Below, in pieces: positions 6,897 to 16,923 of a stretch of 42,479 nt of DNA. Positions within the stretch are counted from its first letter, which is position 1; every line of letters begins with the position of its first letter. Source of the stretch: Deinococcales bacterium (GTDB taxonomy: Bacteria > Deinococcota > Deinococci > Deinococcales > JAAFIG01); assembly GCA_031414595.1 (NCBI GenBank), contig JANNVX010000070.1, forward strand, positions 1 through 42,479. Reading direction: 5' to 3'. The notes beneath the pieces are model-generated. The model was given only the letters and a program-made list of their open reading frames with translations, ran no database searches and was not told where the DNA came from. The position numbers were made by a program, and so were the translations under genes.

Positions 6897-8741
6897 CTAT
6901 GCCTTTTTTCTTCCTGTCGGTGATTTGGGTCGTGGTACACCTAGTTTGTATTCTTCCCAACGGGTATCTACCAATTCGGCTAATTCTGGGGGCATGGAAA
7001 TTTTTGGAGGCCAGATTCTGGTAAAGCCTTCTTCGGCAATTTTTCTCGAGCCGTCCAACACAAGCACATTTCCAGTTGCGCCTTTTTCGATACTTGAGTC
7101 TCGTTCGGGGTCTATGTTGTTCAGCAGTGTCCAAAAAGCGTCTTCGGCATCAAGCACATTGGTTTGATCATCCACAATCGCAATCAGACGAATGCCGGAA
7201 GCCTCAGGGGTAGCTGCCAAGGTTTTTCCTAACTCGAGACCTTGGTGGGGCTTGGTTTTTTGCAAGCTCACCCACCAGATTCCACCTCCGGGCTGGCTCT
7301 GTTCAAGAATGCCCTCGAGTTTTGGCAGGGTGTGGGCATCCCTTGGGAAGGCAGGTGTCCACGGAACAGCTTTACCCTCTTCCCACGTTTTTTGTGTGCC
7401 ATCAATAATCAGTTTGCTGCCATAACTCCATTCGCGGCTCGAGTGGTCAAGCACATCGGTCGGTCCTTTGGTGATGACCGTATCGCGTCCGGGTTCGCAG
7501 TGCAGAAGCGCATGTTGCCAGAACTCGAGGTTATTTTGTGGCTTGGCAATGCCCGCTTCGCAGACCACGGCGACTTTGGTGAACATCGCTTGTCCAAGTC
7601 CAAACATGCCATTGGCAACTTTATAGGCTTGTCCGGGGTAGGATTTTTTAATTGTCACATTGACCAGATTGTGGGCAATACCACACGGTGGTAAATGATA
7701 ATCGGCAATCTCGGGAAGGATTAACTGGGCTGGAACTAAGAAAATTCGTTCAGTGGTCTCGATTAAATAAGCATCTTCCATTGGTGGTCTGCCAACAATG
7801 GTGGCTGGGTAAACCGCGTTTTTTCGCATCGTGATGGCAGTCACATGAAACAGTGGGTATAAATCCTCGAGCGTGTAAAAACCAGTGTGGTCGCCAAAAG
7901 GACCCTCGAGAACCCAATCTTCGGTTGGGTCAATATAGCCCTCGAGAATAAATTCGGCGTTGGCTGGCACTTCTAAATTGACGGTGATGCCTTTAATCAC
8001 TTCTTGACCTTTACCGCGCAGCCAACCGGTTAAACTGTATTCATTGATGCCCGGCACGGGTGGAATTGGGGCGGTAGCCGCGTAAATCAGGGCTGGGTCG
8101 CCACCAATTGCCACGGCAACCTCGAGTTTTCTACCGAGTTTTTTGGCTTTCTCGAGATGCTTCGCCCCTGTTTTATGGCGTTGCCAGTGCATTCCTGTGG
8201 TGTTTTTACTCATGATTTGCATTCGGTACATGCCCATGTTCATTTCGCCCGTTTCGGGGTCGTTGGTAATCACAAGCGGTAGAGTCACAAACGGTCCCCC
8301 GTCTAATTCCCAGCATTTGAGGACTGGAATTTTACTTAAATCCACTTCGTCGCCACGCCAAATAATTTCTTGGACAGGTGCGCTGCGGACTCGTTTTGGC
8401 GGTAAGGCAATCAGGTCTTTGAGTTTAGGGACGTTGCTGAGTAAGCCAAAAATTCCGCCACCCAATTTAATGTCCAGTAATTTGCGTAAACGGTTGGGAA
8501 TATCTTCTAAGTCCTGCACCCCAAGCGCCCAAGCCATGCGTTGGCGGGTTGCCATTAACCCGATGACCAGTGGGAATTCTTTGCCAACCACATTTTCAAA
8601 CAGCACCGCAGGACCACCGTTTTTCATCAGGCGGTCGGCAATTTCAGTAATCTCGAGTTCATGGCTAACGGGCGCACTGACCCGTACCAATTCGCCTTTC
8701 TGCTCTAAATAACGAATAAATCCTTGGAGGTCTTGGAACAT
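6897..8741 (-). CDS. ubiD: UbiD-family decarboxylase (menaquinone biosynthesis type)
   Basis: LEITEIADR, GPAVLFENV, NMGMYRMQ, EGPFGDHTGFY, GRPPMED and DVLDHS, with a duplicated C-terminal region. Confidence 0.92.
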   Translation of the reverse strand: MFQDLQGFIRYLEQKGELVRVSAPVSHELEITEIADRLMKNGGPAVLFENVVGKEFPLVIGLMATRQRMAWALGVQDLEDIPNRLRKLLDIKLGGGIFGLLSNVPKLKDLIALPPKRVRSAPVQEIIWRGDEVDLSKIPVLKCWELDGGPFVTLPLVITNDPETGEMNMGMYRMQIMSKNTTGMHWQRHKTGAKHLEKAKKLGRKLEVAVAIGGDPALIYAATAPIPPVPGINEYSLTGWLRGKGQEVIKGITVNLEVPANAEFILEGYIDPTEDWVLEGPFGDHTGFYTLEDLYPLFHVTAITMRKNAVYPATIVGRPPMEDAYLIETTERIFLVPAQLILPEIADYHLPPCGIAHNLVNVTIKKSYPGQAYKVANGMFGLGQAMFTKVAVVCEAGIAKPQNNLEFWQHALLHCEPGRDTVITKGPTDVLDHSSREWSYGSKLIIDGTQKTWEEGKAVPWTPAFPRDAHTLPKLEGILEQSQPGGGIWWVSLQKTKPHQGLELGKTLAATPEASGIRLIAIVDDQTNVLDAEDAFWTLLNNIDPERDSSIEKGATGNVLVLDGSRKIAEEGFTRIWPPKISMPPELAELVDTRWEEYKLGVPRPKSPTGRKKA

Positions 8742-8860
8742 GCGGGTAGTCTAGTTGGTGCATTGTTGCTCGAGAAGAGGGTGAACGACCCAAATTAAAC
8801 GCAGCCCACAGTAATTTTGTATGCCACTCGAGAATTGCATAGCAGGTATAATGGAGTCAA

Positions 8861-9304
8861 ATGAACATCATCACTGTCACCTTAGACCAACTCGAGCAAA
8901 TCGCCCCTTTGTTTGATGCCTACCGTGTTTTTTATGGGCAAAGTTCAGACCTAAACTCGGCTCAAGAATTTTTGCACCAGCGCTTGCTTTTGCGTGAGAC
9001 GGTGCTTTTTATGGCACTCGAAAACGAAACCCCACTTGGGTTTACGCAACTTTTTCCAAGTTTTACCAGTGTGGGAATGCAGCGACTTTGGATTCTGAAC
9101 GACCTGTACATTATCCTCGAAGCTCGAGGAAAGCGGATTGGCGAAAAACTGATTGAACGAGCCTTAGAACATGCCAAGCAGAGTGGGGCAACGGGCGTGG
9201 TTCTCGAGACGGCGCATACCAATGTATCGGGACAAAAACTTTATGAACGCATGGGTTTTATGCGCGAAGACCTCGAGTACCGCACGTACTTTAAGGCAGT
9301 TTAA
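8861..9304 (+). CDS. GNAT-family N-acetyltransferase
   Basis: LFDAYRVFY, WILNDLY..ARGKRIG and N..GQKLYERMGF. TATAAT lies upstream. Confidence 0.9.
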   Translation: MNIITVTLDQLEQIAPLFDAYRVFYGQSSDLNSAQEFLHQRLLLRETVLFMALENETPLGFTQLFPSFTSVGMQRLWILNDLYIILEARGKRIGEKLIERALEHAKQSGATGVVLETAHTNVSGQKLYERMGFMREDLEYRTYFKAV

Positions 9305-9599
9305 GCTAACCCATGCCGATTTCTAATATCATTGGGGTTTGGCTATCTCGAGGAAGCGCCTAGGTTTGACAAATTGCGGCACGATGGAATTAGGGTTGAT
9401 GCCAGTATCTTGCGTAAAATCAAGTTCAAAGTCATGCGAACCAAACCACAGAGGCATTGCGCGTACTTGTCAGTTCATGTGCGTTTCTCTGAGCCACTCA
9501 GAATCAACTCGAGTTTTGTTTAGTCGCTGATTCATGGATAAAAATTTCGTGTTTGGCTCGAGCCAGAATTGCACAAAGCAAGTTAATTTAAGAGGAAAA

Positions 9600-10358
9600 A
9601 TGCGTTCTTTAAGTCTGGCACTTGGTTTATGGCAAATTGGAATGGTGTTAGAAACCGACCTGATGACTTGGGTGGATACTCAGATTCTCGAGTCCGAGCA
9701 TCCGCACCCAGACCTACTCGAGTTTTCAATGGAAGGCGTATCCATTCTTAAGAACCCACCACGGGATTTTCAAACCCGCCCACTCGAGTTTTCGTTCCTC
9801 GAGCAATTCTCGGTGCGGGCGCACGGCTTAGACCTTAGTTCGGATGCTGCTGCCATGAGCCTTATTCGTTGGGTCTCGAGCAGATTTATTGAAGGGGACA
9901 TCACCCAGCCAGAAATTGATTTGGTACGCAAGTTAGAGCATTGGTATTGGGATGTGCAAGAAACCACTCGAGTCTTAGCCGAACTTCGTGCAGCCCTGCC
10001 AATGGATTTGCCAATTGCCAAAAGTTTACTGGCAGAAGTGCCTTATTTAAGGCTTCAACAAATCATTTGCCCTGATGTCTTGTACACCTTCGATGGTTTT
10101 CAAATGACCGATTTAACTTCTTTCTGGAGACATTATGTGAATGTTATAGATTCTGAGAGCATCGGTTATTTTGGACGCAATTTTAATGCGCTCTGGGATG
10201 CTCTATCGGCAGGTGGACCTGGCGCACCAGATTTCCCCTGTACTTTTAGGATCATCAATTCCAAAAAAGCCAATCAAAAACTCTTAGGTGCGTTTCTTGA
10301 AATATGCCATAAAATCAGTCCTGTACTCCTAAAAATTACTCTCGAGCCAATGAGGTAA
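9600..10358 (+). CDS. Immunity-like protein with C-terminal barstar domain
   Basis: C-terminal YTFDG...FW...YFGRNFNALWDALSAGGPG matches the barstar FGxNLDALWDxL motif. AGAGG precedes ATG 9600 (ORF open from 9534). Confidence 0.65.
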   Translation: MRSLSLALGLWQIGMVLETDLMTWVDTQILESEHPHPDLLEFSMEGVSILKNPPRDFQTRPLEFSFLEQFSVRAHGLDLSSDAAAMSLIRWVSSRFIEGDITQPEIDLVRKLEHWYWDVQETTRVLAELRAALPMDLPIAKSLLAEVPYLRLQQIICPDVLYTFDGFQMTDLTSFWRHYVNVIDSESIGYFGRNFNALWDALSAGGPGAPDFPCTFRIINSKKANQKLLGAFLEICHKISPVLLKITLEPMR

Positions 10359-10361
10359 ATC

Positions 10362-10859
10362 ATGTCCAATAGTATTTCTTATGATGCTAAGCCAAATCTC
10401 GAGTCGGTACACATGAACAATGGCTTAACCAGCGTGTTTGTTTCAGTGCTGGCATTGGCGGCATCCGACCTTGCCCGCACTGATGAACAGCGCCTTTGGG
10501 CAGCGTGGATAGCTTCGAGAGACCAAGGCATTTTTGGTGGTGGGATTGTCGGCTTTGATTTAACCCAAATGCCTTGGAAAACAGTCAGTCTCGAGGCGGA
10601 TAAAGATTTTTGGCTGCAAATTATTGTGGCTGCCAAACAAAAAACGGGCTGGGAGCGCCTAGATTACCAACCACGCGAAGACTGGGTGTTCTCGAGTTTG
10701 GATGGATTTGCCGTGCTAATACAAGCCTTTGAAGCAGCCCATGTTAATTCGGATGAAAAAAGAGACTGGACATATGATGCCCGACCAACAACTTTGGAGC
10801 GTTGCCCTAAACATTTGGTTTACCTTCATGCGTATGGTTGTGTGATTTGTAATGACTAA
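10362..10859 (+). CDS. Hypothetical protein with C-terminal Cys/His cluster
   Basis: 165-aa ORF with GAGGT RBS, ending CPKH...H..GCVIC. Confidence 0.7.
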   Translation: MSNSISYDAKPNLESVHMNNGLTSVFVSVLALAASDLARTDEQRLWAAWIASRDQGIFGGGIVGFDLTQMPWKTVSLEADKDFWLQIIVAAKQKTGWERLDYQPREDWVFSSLDGFAVLIQAFEAAHVNSDEKRDWTYDARPTTLERCPKHLVYLHAYGCVICND

Positions 10860-10875
10860 ACGCCATCATATCGTA

Positions 10876-11739
10876 TCACTCGAGTCGGAGCTTGGCGCGT
10901 AAAAACAAAAAGTCTGGGTGCGCTAAGGCTTCTAACCGCTCAAACAAATACGGTTCAGCCCAAGTTTTTATTTGACTCGAGTTGACCAGCCGAATCACGC
11001 ATTGCCCGGGGTATCCAGGTGCTTTTTGGCTTTTTAGGGCTGCTTCAAAGGCTTCGATGTTGCCAGCAAATAGCCTCGAGTCGTTGGGGTTGGTGGTCTC
11101 GAGGTAAACCTGCCAGAATTCTGTTTCTGAATATACGCGGCTGCAATCTATTCTGTACGTTTTTTGATTGCCCATTGCGGCTGTACCGTACATAAATTCT
11201 TGGCTTGGTGTACATTCTATGCCCGTGCATTTAGCTTGCTCGAGCGCTTCTTTTACTGTTTGGCTGATAAAATACTCGCGGTATAAGCCTTCAAGCATAA
11301 AAACTTGGCGTGTGCCAATGCGCTCTAAATCCAGTACCAGTTTTTTCATGGTTTCAATGCTCAGTAACCCATCGGCATACGTTTCAAAATCGGAATTGTT
11401 TGGGTCAATGCCTTTGATCGTCTCGAGGACATTTACCAAGTAATATGGGTGTTTTTGCTTGTCCCAAGTGGTCTGGACTGTGACTGCAAAAAACTCGAGG
11501 TGGTGCGGTTCTAACATCTCGAGAACGTTTTTCATCCGTTCAGTCACCACAAAGTATGTGCAACCCAGTAAATCGGTCAATTGCTTATTTTGGCGCGAAT
11601 GGTACAGCAGCAAATCACCAGACATAAATGGCAAAGGCTTCCCTTCGAGTAAATTTAGGCTGAGGTCATCCCGTACTTTCTCGCGTTCAATGTAGGCTTC
11701 GCCTTGGTTAAAACTGCATTGCAGATGATAATAATTCAT
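10876..11739 (-). CDS. Imm11/DUF1629-like immunity domain fused to a barstar-like domain
   Basis: FVVTERMKNVLE..LEFFAV..YYLVNVL..ID..S..ISQTVKEALEQAKCTG is Imm11-like. The C-terminus YRIDCSRVYSETEFWQVY..FAGNIEAF..PGYPGQC is paralogous to the barstar domain of 9600-10358. Confidence 0.7.
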   Translation of the reverse strand: MNYYHLQCSFNQGEAYIEREKVRDDLSLNLLEGKPLPFMSGDLLLYHSRQNKQLTDLLGCTYFVVTERMKNVLEMLEPHHLEFFAVTVQTTWDKQKHPYYLVNVLETIKGIDPNNSDFETYADGLLSIETMKKLVLDLERIGTRQVFMLEGLYREYFISQTVKEALEQAKCTGIECTPSQEFMYGTAAMGNQKTYRIDCSRVYSETEFWQVYLETTNPNDSRLFAGNIEAFEAALKSQKAPGYPGQCVIRLVNSSQIKTWAEPYLFERLEALAHPDFLFLRAKLRLE

Positions 11740-11742
11740 GTT

Positions 11743-12234
11743 TTATGCTCCTGTTGCCCAAGAAAAATACTGATAATCGGTTTTTGTTTTCAGCAAGACT
11801 TCAATATGATTCCACTTGCCAAAGTAAAGTACACTCGAGACTATATCTTCTGGGTTTAGTGCGGTGTGACTCGAGGGTAGATTATTAGTAAAAATCTGAT
11901 GCTCAGGTTCGGCAATACAAGCGTTAATAATCAGATTGATTTCCTTGAGCGTCTCGAGAATCGTGCTTTGGGTTTCGGCTTGCAGCAAATGCTTAAGTTG
12001 ATTTTGTTCAGTCAGTGCAAAATCTGTTTCGTCTAGTTCGTCATAATTCCATTCTTCAAAGTAACAAAGTTGCGCCATAAATAGCGTCGCAAAGGCTTCA
12101 ATATCCAAAATTTTCTCATCTCGAGGGAGCGTAAAAAAATAGGCACGGGTTAGCAGTTCGCTTTTGGTGCGGTACTCGGTTTTCGAGACCAATTCGAGTT
12201 TGGCTTTGCTGAGGTAATTGGACAGGTAGACCAT
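11743..12234 (-). CDS. Hypothetical protein (possibly immunity-type)
   Basis: Acidic ORF 3 nt upstream of the Imm11-like gene. Start placed at ATG 12234 behind a TATTAT box (ORF open from 12267). Confidence 0.6.
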   Translation of the reverse strand: MVYLSNYLSKAKLELVSKTEYRTKSELLTRAYFFTLPRDEKILDIEAFATLFMAQLCYFEEWNYDELDETDFALTEQNQLKHLLQAETQSTILETLKEINLIINACIAEPEHQIFTNNLPSSHTALNPEDIVSSVLYFGKWNHIEVLLKTKTDYQYFSWATGA

Positions 12235-12524
12235 AAAAAGATAATAGTACGAACCTCGAGCCGTCAATGCTCGAGGTTCGCAGTGGGTTGTGGGTCATGG
12301 CGTACAACAAGATAATCACTGCAAAGAGGGCAAGAATAACAATAAAAACTCGAGTTAGATGCTTTTGTGCGTGAACTGATGCGTCAACACAACACTGACC
12401 TCGAGCCTTACCAGAGTTTATGGCGTTTAGCAGTTGGTTATATGTTGCGGTTTGAGCAAGTTCATGGCTTAGATGTTTTTCCAGAATAAAACGCAATAAT
12501 TCTGAACTTGTGCCAAAGAAAGAC

Positions 12525-12615
12525 AGTGGTGCAAAAGGCGTGGTACTCGAGACTACCCATAAAAACGTATTGGCGCGAAGACCTCGAGTACCGCATCTAT
12601 TTTTAGGCTGTATGA
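12525..12615 (+). pseudogene. Degenerate duplicate of the 3' end of the GNAT gene 8861-9304
   Basis: Reads SGAKGVVLETTHKNV..REDLEYRIYF*AV* vs SGATGVVLETAHTNV...REDLEYRTYFKAV*. 12573-12595 is identical to 9262-9284. Confidence 0.85.
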
Positions 12616-12617
12616 AC

Positions 12618-13181
12618 CTACCACCACTTAATACTCGAGCCTAGAATTGACATGGTTTGACCGACGTCCAGCATGGCTCGCAAAGCATAAGTTTGTCCGT
12701 TTGGTTGAGTGCAAACCTCGAGTTGATTGGTGTTGACGTGGTAAATCCAGTATTCGGGTATCAGGTTTCGGGCATAAGCCTCGAGTTTGGTGCTTTGGTC
12801 ATAATCAAGGGTTGAATTGCTTATTTCGACTACCAGAAGCGCATCGCTCGAGGTTGCTGTGCGGGTCTTGTACTGCAATTTGGGGAGTTTTAGAAGCGCA
12901 ATATCGGGGAGTACCAAATCGGGTGGCGGAGACTCGAGAACAAGCGGTAATTGAACCCGAATTACGGCTTGCTCGACCAGATGGGCATAGAACACATCAG
13001 TCAGGTTCTGAATCGTGTAAGCATGGTCATCGGATTGAAGTCCTTTCACAAGTATTTCTCCGTTCAGCAATTCGACTTTTTTATCCCCAAAATGCCCACT
13101 GTCACTTAAGGCTTCAAACATCTCAAAACTAAATTTGAAGCGCTCTGGCTCTAAAATTGGATTGAAGCGTTCGGTCAGCAT
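12618..13181 (-). CDS. Uma2-family (DUF820) PD-(D/E)xK endonuclease
   Basis: KVELLNGEI, PDIALL, LLVVEISNSTLDYD..KLEAYA..IPEYWI. Confidence 0.92.
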   Translation of the reverse strand: MLTERFNPILEPERFKFSFEMFEALSDSGHFGDKKVELLNGEILVKGLQSDDHAYTIQNLTDVFYAHLVEQAVIRVQLPLVLESPPPDLVLPDIALLKLPKLQYKTRTATSSDALLVVEISNSTLDYDQSTKLEAYARNLIPEYWIYHVNTNQLEVCTQPNGQTYALRAMLDVGQTMSILGSSIKWW

Positions 13182-13220
13182 GGCTATAGTCTAGCGCAAT
13201 TTTGCGTTATTGTTAGCCAT

Positions 13221-14210
13221 ATGTTTTTACGCATCCCTTGGCTAGTGCCACTTTTAATTGTATTGATTGGCGCGGCTGCGTTGCTTTTTTTTCAAGCTGC
13301 ACCACAAAAAGAAGATACACCGCATCCAACCATCAACAAAAAAGCCAAAGGTTTTTTGGTCTTAAAAGGCGCATTTGTGATTATTGGTAAATCCCCAGAT
13401 GGTGATAGCGTGCGTTTTAAGCCAGATAACCAGAATTTACTGTTTCAACTGAAAAACCCAAGCCGAATAAAAGTGTCTGCCGATGGCAGTGTGCAACTTC
13501 GTTTTGAAGCGATAGACGCACCAGAACTGCATTACGGGAGTCTCGAGCAACCGCTTGGCGCAAAGTCCCGAGATGTGCTGCTGCAAGAAATGGGTTTTAA
13601 GAATGTTGTTCTCGAGAACCGCATGGTGCGTGCCAGTACCCCCAAAGAAATTCGTGGGTTAATTCTGTCGCAAGCCGCCGAAGGCAACGGGAGACCGATA
13701 AGTTATGCAGTGGTTGGACAATTTGTAAGTGCTTTTGAGGATGGCTCGAGGATTGAGGTCACGGATGCAGTGCTTGAAAAAACCTTAAACAGCACCATGC
13801 TTAAAAATGGTATGGCGTATTACACGGTTTACTCGAGTACCCCGCCAAACCAGCGCGATTACTTAAAAAGCATCAGCGCCAAGGCTCGAGCCGCCAAGCG
13901 TGGCGTTTGGGCATTGGACAGGAGCGCAGGGTTTGTGTTGCAAAAACAAAGCGACATTGATGTGAATGGGCAGCTTATTTTGCCTAAATTTTTTCGTAGG
14001 GCATCGGATTATTTGGATGCAAAACGCAAAAAAGAATTTAAGGGCAACATCAAAGCGTGGCTCGAGTGGACAAAAAGCAGTGGCAAATCCGAGAACGACC
14101 TTGTGCAAATTGGTGATACTAAAAAATTGCTGTCCGATTGGCTCGAGGTGCGTAGCGGCAATGTGGCTTTTACGGGTGATTTGCTCGAGGCGGTGTTTGT
14201 TGAGAAGTAA
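13221..14210 (+). CDS. Membrane-anchored thermonuclease (SNase-like)
   Basis: N-terminal TM, PDGDSVRF, LRFEAIDAPELHY, GRPISY and AKARAAKRGVW. Confidence 0.8.
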   Translation: MFLRIPWLVPLLIVLIGAAALLFFQAAPQKEDTPHPTINKKAKGFLVLKGAFVIIGKSPDGDSVRFKPDNQNLLFQLKNPSRIKVSADGSVQLRFEAIDAPELHYGSLEQPLGAKSRDVLLQEMGFKNVVLENRMVRASTPKEIRGLILSQAAEGNGRPISYAVVGQFVSAFEDGSRIEVTDAVLEKTLNSTMLKNGMAYYTVYSSTPPNQRDYLKSISAKARAAKRGVWALDRSAGFVLQKQSDIDVNGQLILPKFFRRASDYLDAKRKKEFKGNIKAWLEWTKSSGKSENDLVQIGDTKKLLSDWLEVRSGNVAFTGDLLEAVFVEK

Positions 14211-14231
14211 TTTGCATTTTTATGCAAAATT

Positions 14232-14309
14232 ATGTATAAATTTACCGCATACCGTCCAGACCTAGACTTATGGGATATTGGTTTTACAAAGCGCAGGAGA
14301 TTATCATGA
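14232..14309 (+). pseudogene. 3' remnant of a DUF4258-family toxin gene
   Basis: TAYRPDLDLWDIGFTKRR resembles the DUF4258 C-terminus. Its TGA overlaps the ATG of the next gene. Confidence 0.6.
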
Positions 14310-14554
14310 CTCAATTTGACCCAAACGGTTTCTTGGTAGAACTTAAAGACTACGTGACCTTAAAAGATGGTCGTCCAACTGTAGTGGAAAAAGTACCGTT
14401 TTGTATTGACCCGAAAACTCAAGAAGAATTTTTACACGTATCTGTTTACGAGGAACTTTGGAAGATACTCCACTCGTCAACTCCGCCAATTCGTCATATC
14501 ACTGGCGATGTTTTTCAAATGCCAAGTTTTGAAAGTGAGTTAAAAAATGCTTAA
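14306..14554 (+). CDS. YgiT-type zinc-finger-like antitoxin (Cys pairs degenerate)
   Basis: [22 protein letters not shown]...[21 protein letters not shown] coupling to the DUF4258 remnant, and overlap with the carA start. Confidence 0.6.
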   Translation: MTQFDPNGFLVELKDYVTLKDGRPTVVEKVPFCIDPKTQEEFLHVSVYEELWKILHSSTPPIRHITGDVFQMPSFESELKNA

Positions 14555-15728
14555 ACGTGAACGGGCAGTCTTAGCCCTCGAGGATGGAACAGTTTACCGT
14601 GGCTACGCGGCTGGTAAGCGCGGCGAAACCATCGGAGAAGTGGTTTTTAACACCAGCATGACTGGCTACCAAGAAATCATGACCGACCCTTCGTACAACG
14701 GTCAGATTGTCTGTATGACCTATCCGCACATTGGGAATTACGGCATTACGGTCTACGATATGGAAAGCAATAAACCCTATGTGCGTGGTTTTATTGCTCG
14801 AGAATTCACCAAGAACCATAGCAATTTTAGAGCCACCGATGCTTTAGAGAGCTTCACCAAGCAGCATGGGGTAGTGAGTATCGAAGGCATAGACACAAGG
14901 GCTTTGGTGCGTCGTTTGCGTGAAGGTGGCGTGGTCAAAGGCGTGGTTTCGCACCGTTCCTATACCCACCCAGAAGACCCATTTGGTGAATTTAGCCCAG
15001 AAGAAGAATCGCGCTTAGTGGCTCGAGCCAAATTTCATGATGATATTGATGGGCGCGACATGATGCCCGAGGTCACCACCCAAATTCCGTATGTTTATCC
15101 AACGCTCGAGAAGGGCAAGCGAATTGTCTTTATGGACTTTGGAATTAAACACATGATTATTAAAAAACTGGCGGGTATCGGTGCAGAAGTGATAGTTGTT
15201 CCAGCCAGTACCACCCCAGCCGCGATTATGGCACTACACCCTCAAGGTTTATTTTTAAGCAACGGTCCCGGCGACCCAAGCGCCCCAGCCTATACCCATG
15301 ATACGGCTTGGAAATTACTTGGTTTACTGCCAACCTTTGGGATTTGCCTCGGGCATCAGATTCTTGGACTTGCTGTGGGTGGCAAGACTTTTAAGATGAA
15401 ATACGGGCATCGGGGCGGGAATCAACCGGTCAAGAACCTGATTAACGGTAAAGTCGAAATCACCAGTCAAAATCATGGGTATGCCGTAGATGCCGAAACG
15501 GTCAAAGACCATTTTATAACTACCCATATTAACTTAAACGACAATTCACTCGAGGGCATGGCGCACTTGCGCTATCCAGTTTTTAGTGTCCAGTACCACC
15601 CAGAAGCCAGCCCGGGTCCGCACGATAGTTTCTACTTATTCCAGCGCTTTATCGAAGAGGTCAATGTTTTTAGTGGCTCGAGTGGGCAACCCGTCGAGAA
15701 ATCTGCCAGTGGATTATTTGGAATCTAA
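14547..15728 (+). CDS. carA: Carbamoyl-phosphate synthase small subunit
   Basis: [38 protein letters not shown] and [12 protein letters not shown]. Confidence 0.98.
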   Translation: MLKRERAVLALEDGTVYRGYAAGKRGETIGEVVFNTSMTGYQEIMTDPSYNGQIVCMTYPHIGNYGITVYDMESNKPYVRGFIAREFTKNHSNFRATDALESFTKQHGVVSIEGIDTRALVRRLREGGVVKGVVSHRSYTHPEDPFGEFSPEEESRLVARAKFHDDIDGRDMMPEVTTQIPYVYPTLEKGKRIVFMDFGIKHMIIKKLAGIGAEVIVVPASTTPAAIMALHPQGLFLSNGPGDPSAPAYTHDTAWKLLGLLPTFGICLGHQILGLAVGGKTFKMKYGHRGGNQPVKNLINGKVEITSQNHGYAVDAETVKDHFITTHINLNDNSLEGMAHLRYPVFSVQYHPEASPGPHDSFYLFQRFIEEVNVFSGSSGQPVEKSASGLFGI

Positions 15729-16420
15729 CGCCAATTCTCGAGTTCACGTTTGGCGCGCTCGAACTGCCTGCGTTCGGCTGCATCAGTCACCTCGAGTTTA
15801 ACCGCTGTCTCGAGTTCTCGCTTTGCCCGCTCACGGTATTTTTGTTTATCCAGCACCAAAAATGCCAATGCCGTTTCGACCCGCACCAAAATGCGTTTTG
15901 GGGCGGTTTTTATGGCGAGTTCAAGCAGTTCCATTGCCCTGTCCCCATTTGCGCCGTAAATCCAGCCAATGCCCCTAGAGGTCATTTCGGCGTGCCATCG
16001 CCCCAAGACGACCATTGCAAACCAGTGTTTGGGATTAAGTTCTAAAGTCTGGTTGAGGTTATCGCGGATTTGACTGGGTACACCTGTACTGATTGCATAA
16101 CCAGCATCGCGCAGGTTTGCCAGTTGCCCCACTGCCACGGCAATTTCAAAGTACCCATCGGCGTTTTTAGGGTTTAATTGCACCGCTTTACGGGCGTAAC
16201 GTTCACAAGTGCTGTAGAGTTCATCCCGTTCGTCTCGAGGACGACTCGAGGCATGTTCCGCTAAAGAACGAGCCGCAAAAGAAAACCCAATAGATGTCTC
16301 GAGCGTAGCCGCCAGTTGTGAAGCCCGAAGAAATTCACCTTTGGTGTATAAATCCTTAGCATCGTCTAAATCGGCAGCCAAAGCTAAACTCGAGAGCAGC
16401 AGTAATAAAATCAGGCGCAT
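15725..16420 (-). CDS. Exported TPR-like helical-repeat protein
   Basis: Signal peptide (LSSLALA) and A..LNPKN / LELNPKH repeat turns. TAAACT lies 5 nt upstream. Confidence 0.8.
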   Translation of the reverse strand: MRLILLLLLSSLALAADLDDAKDLYTKGEFLRASQLAATLETSIGFSFAARSLAEHASSRPRDERDELYSTCERYARKAVQLNPKNADGYFEIAVAVGQLANLRDAGYAISTGVPSQIRDNLNQTLELNPKHWFAMVVLGRWHAEMTSRGIGWIYGANGDRAMELLELAIKTAPKRILVRVETALAFLVLDKQKYRERAKRELETAVKLEVTDAAERRQFERAKRELENWR

Positions 16421-16480
16421 GGATTAGTTTACTGTATCCTGACAATAAAACCAAAGCCAAACTTGAGAAATGCCCTTAAA

Positions 16481-16515
16481 GCTAATCGCTAAAAACTAGC
16501 AGCTAGTCGCTAGTT
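16481..16515 (+). repeat. Degenerate 7-nt tandem repeat
   Basis: GCTAATC GCTAAAA ACTAGCA GCTAGTC GCTAGTT, at a gene 3' end. Confidence 0.55.
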
Positions 16516-16923
16516 CAATTCATCCAAATGGGTTTTTAGTTTGGCGATTTTCGCCTCGAGTTTTGGTAATTCCCGACCTGCTTTTTTCTCAAGTCCAAGG
16601 TATGTTTCAAACACTTCAAGGGCTTCACGGCGACGGTTGGTGGCAATCAGTAAATCCCCTAGGTGTTCGTTTTGGTCAAAGTAATGTTCCACATCTGGAT
16701 GCTCGAGCAGTTTTTGTTTAATGCCCTCGATTCGCGCTCCAATTGCTCGGTAGCGCAGTACACGCTGACGAATAAAAAACCAAGCCAGCACCAAAATTGC
16801 CCCCAAAGCTGCCGCCACAATACTGACCGATTGCGGAATCCCATTGGCGTTGGCGACCCGCACCAGCACCGGAAAAGCCAACCCGAGAATGACCAGCACC
16901 GCCAGAAGCGCCGCGTAATTCAT
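16510..16923 (-). CDS. Membrane protein, two N-terminal TM helices plus TPR-like tail
   Basis: Two hydrophobic stretches. ATG 16923 overlaps the stop of the upstream GNAT. Confidence 0.75.
   Translation of the reverse strand: MNYAALLAVLVILGLAFPVLVRVANANGIPQSVSIVAAALGAILVLAWFFIRQRVLRYRAIGARIEGIKQKLLEHPDVEHYFDQNEHLGDLLIATNRRREALEVFETYLGLEKKAGRELPKLEAKIAKLKTHLDELN

Noticed and set aside
9305-9599. Small ORFs 9332-9523 and 9339-9530, and the 9534 start
   Set aside because: They have non-ATG starts or no RBS and no recognisable motif. Probably degraded sequence, which I cannot assign.
12116-12496. 126-aa minus-strand ORF with a hydrophobic stretch
   Set aside because: It overlaps the 11743-12234 gene out of frame and has a weak start. 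It may be a remnant of a small membrane protein, but that is unsupported.
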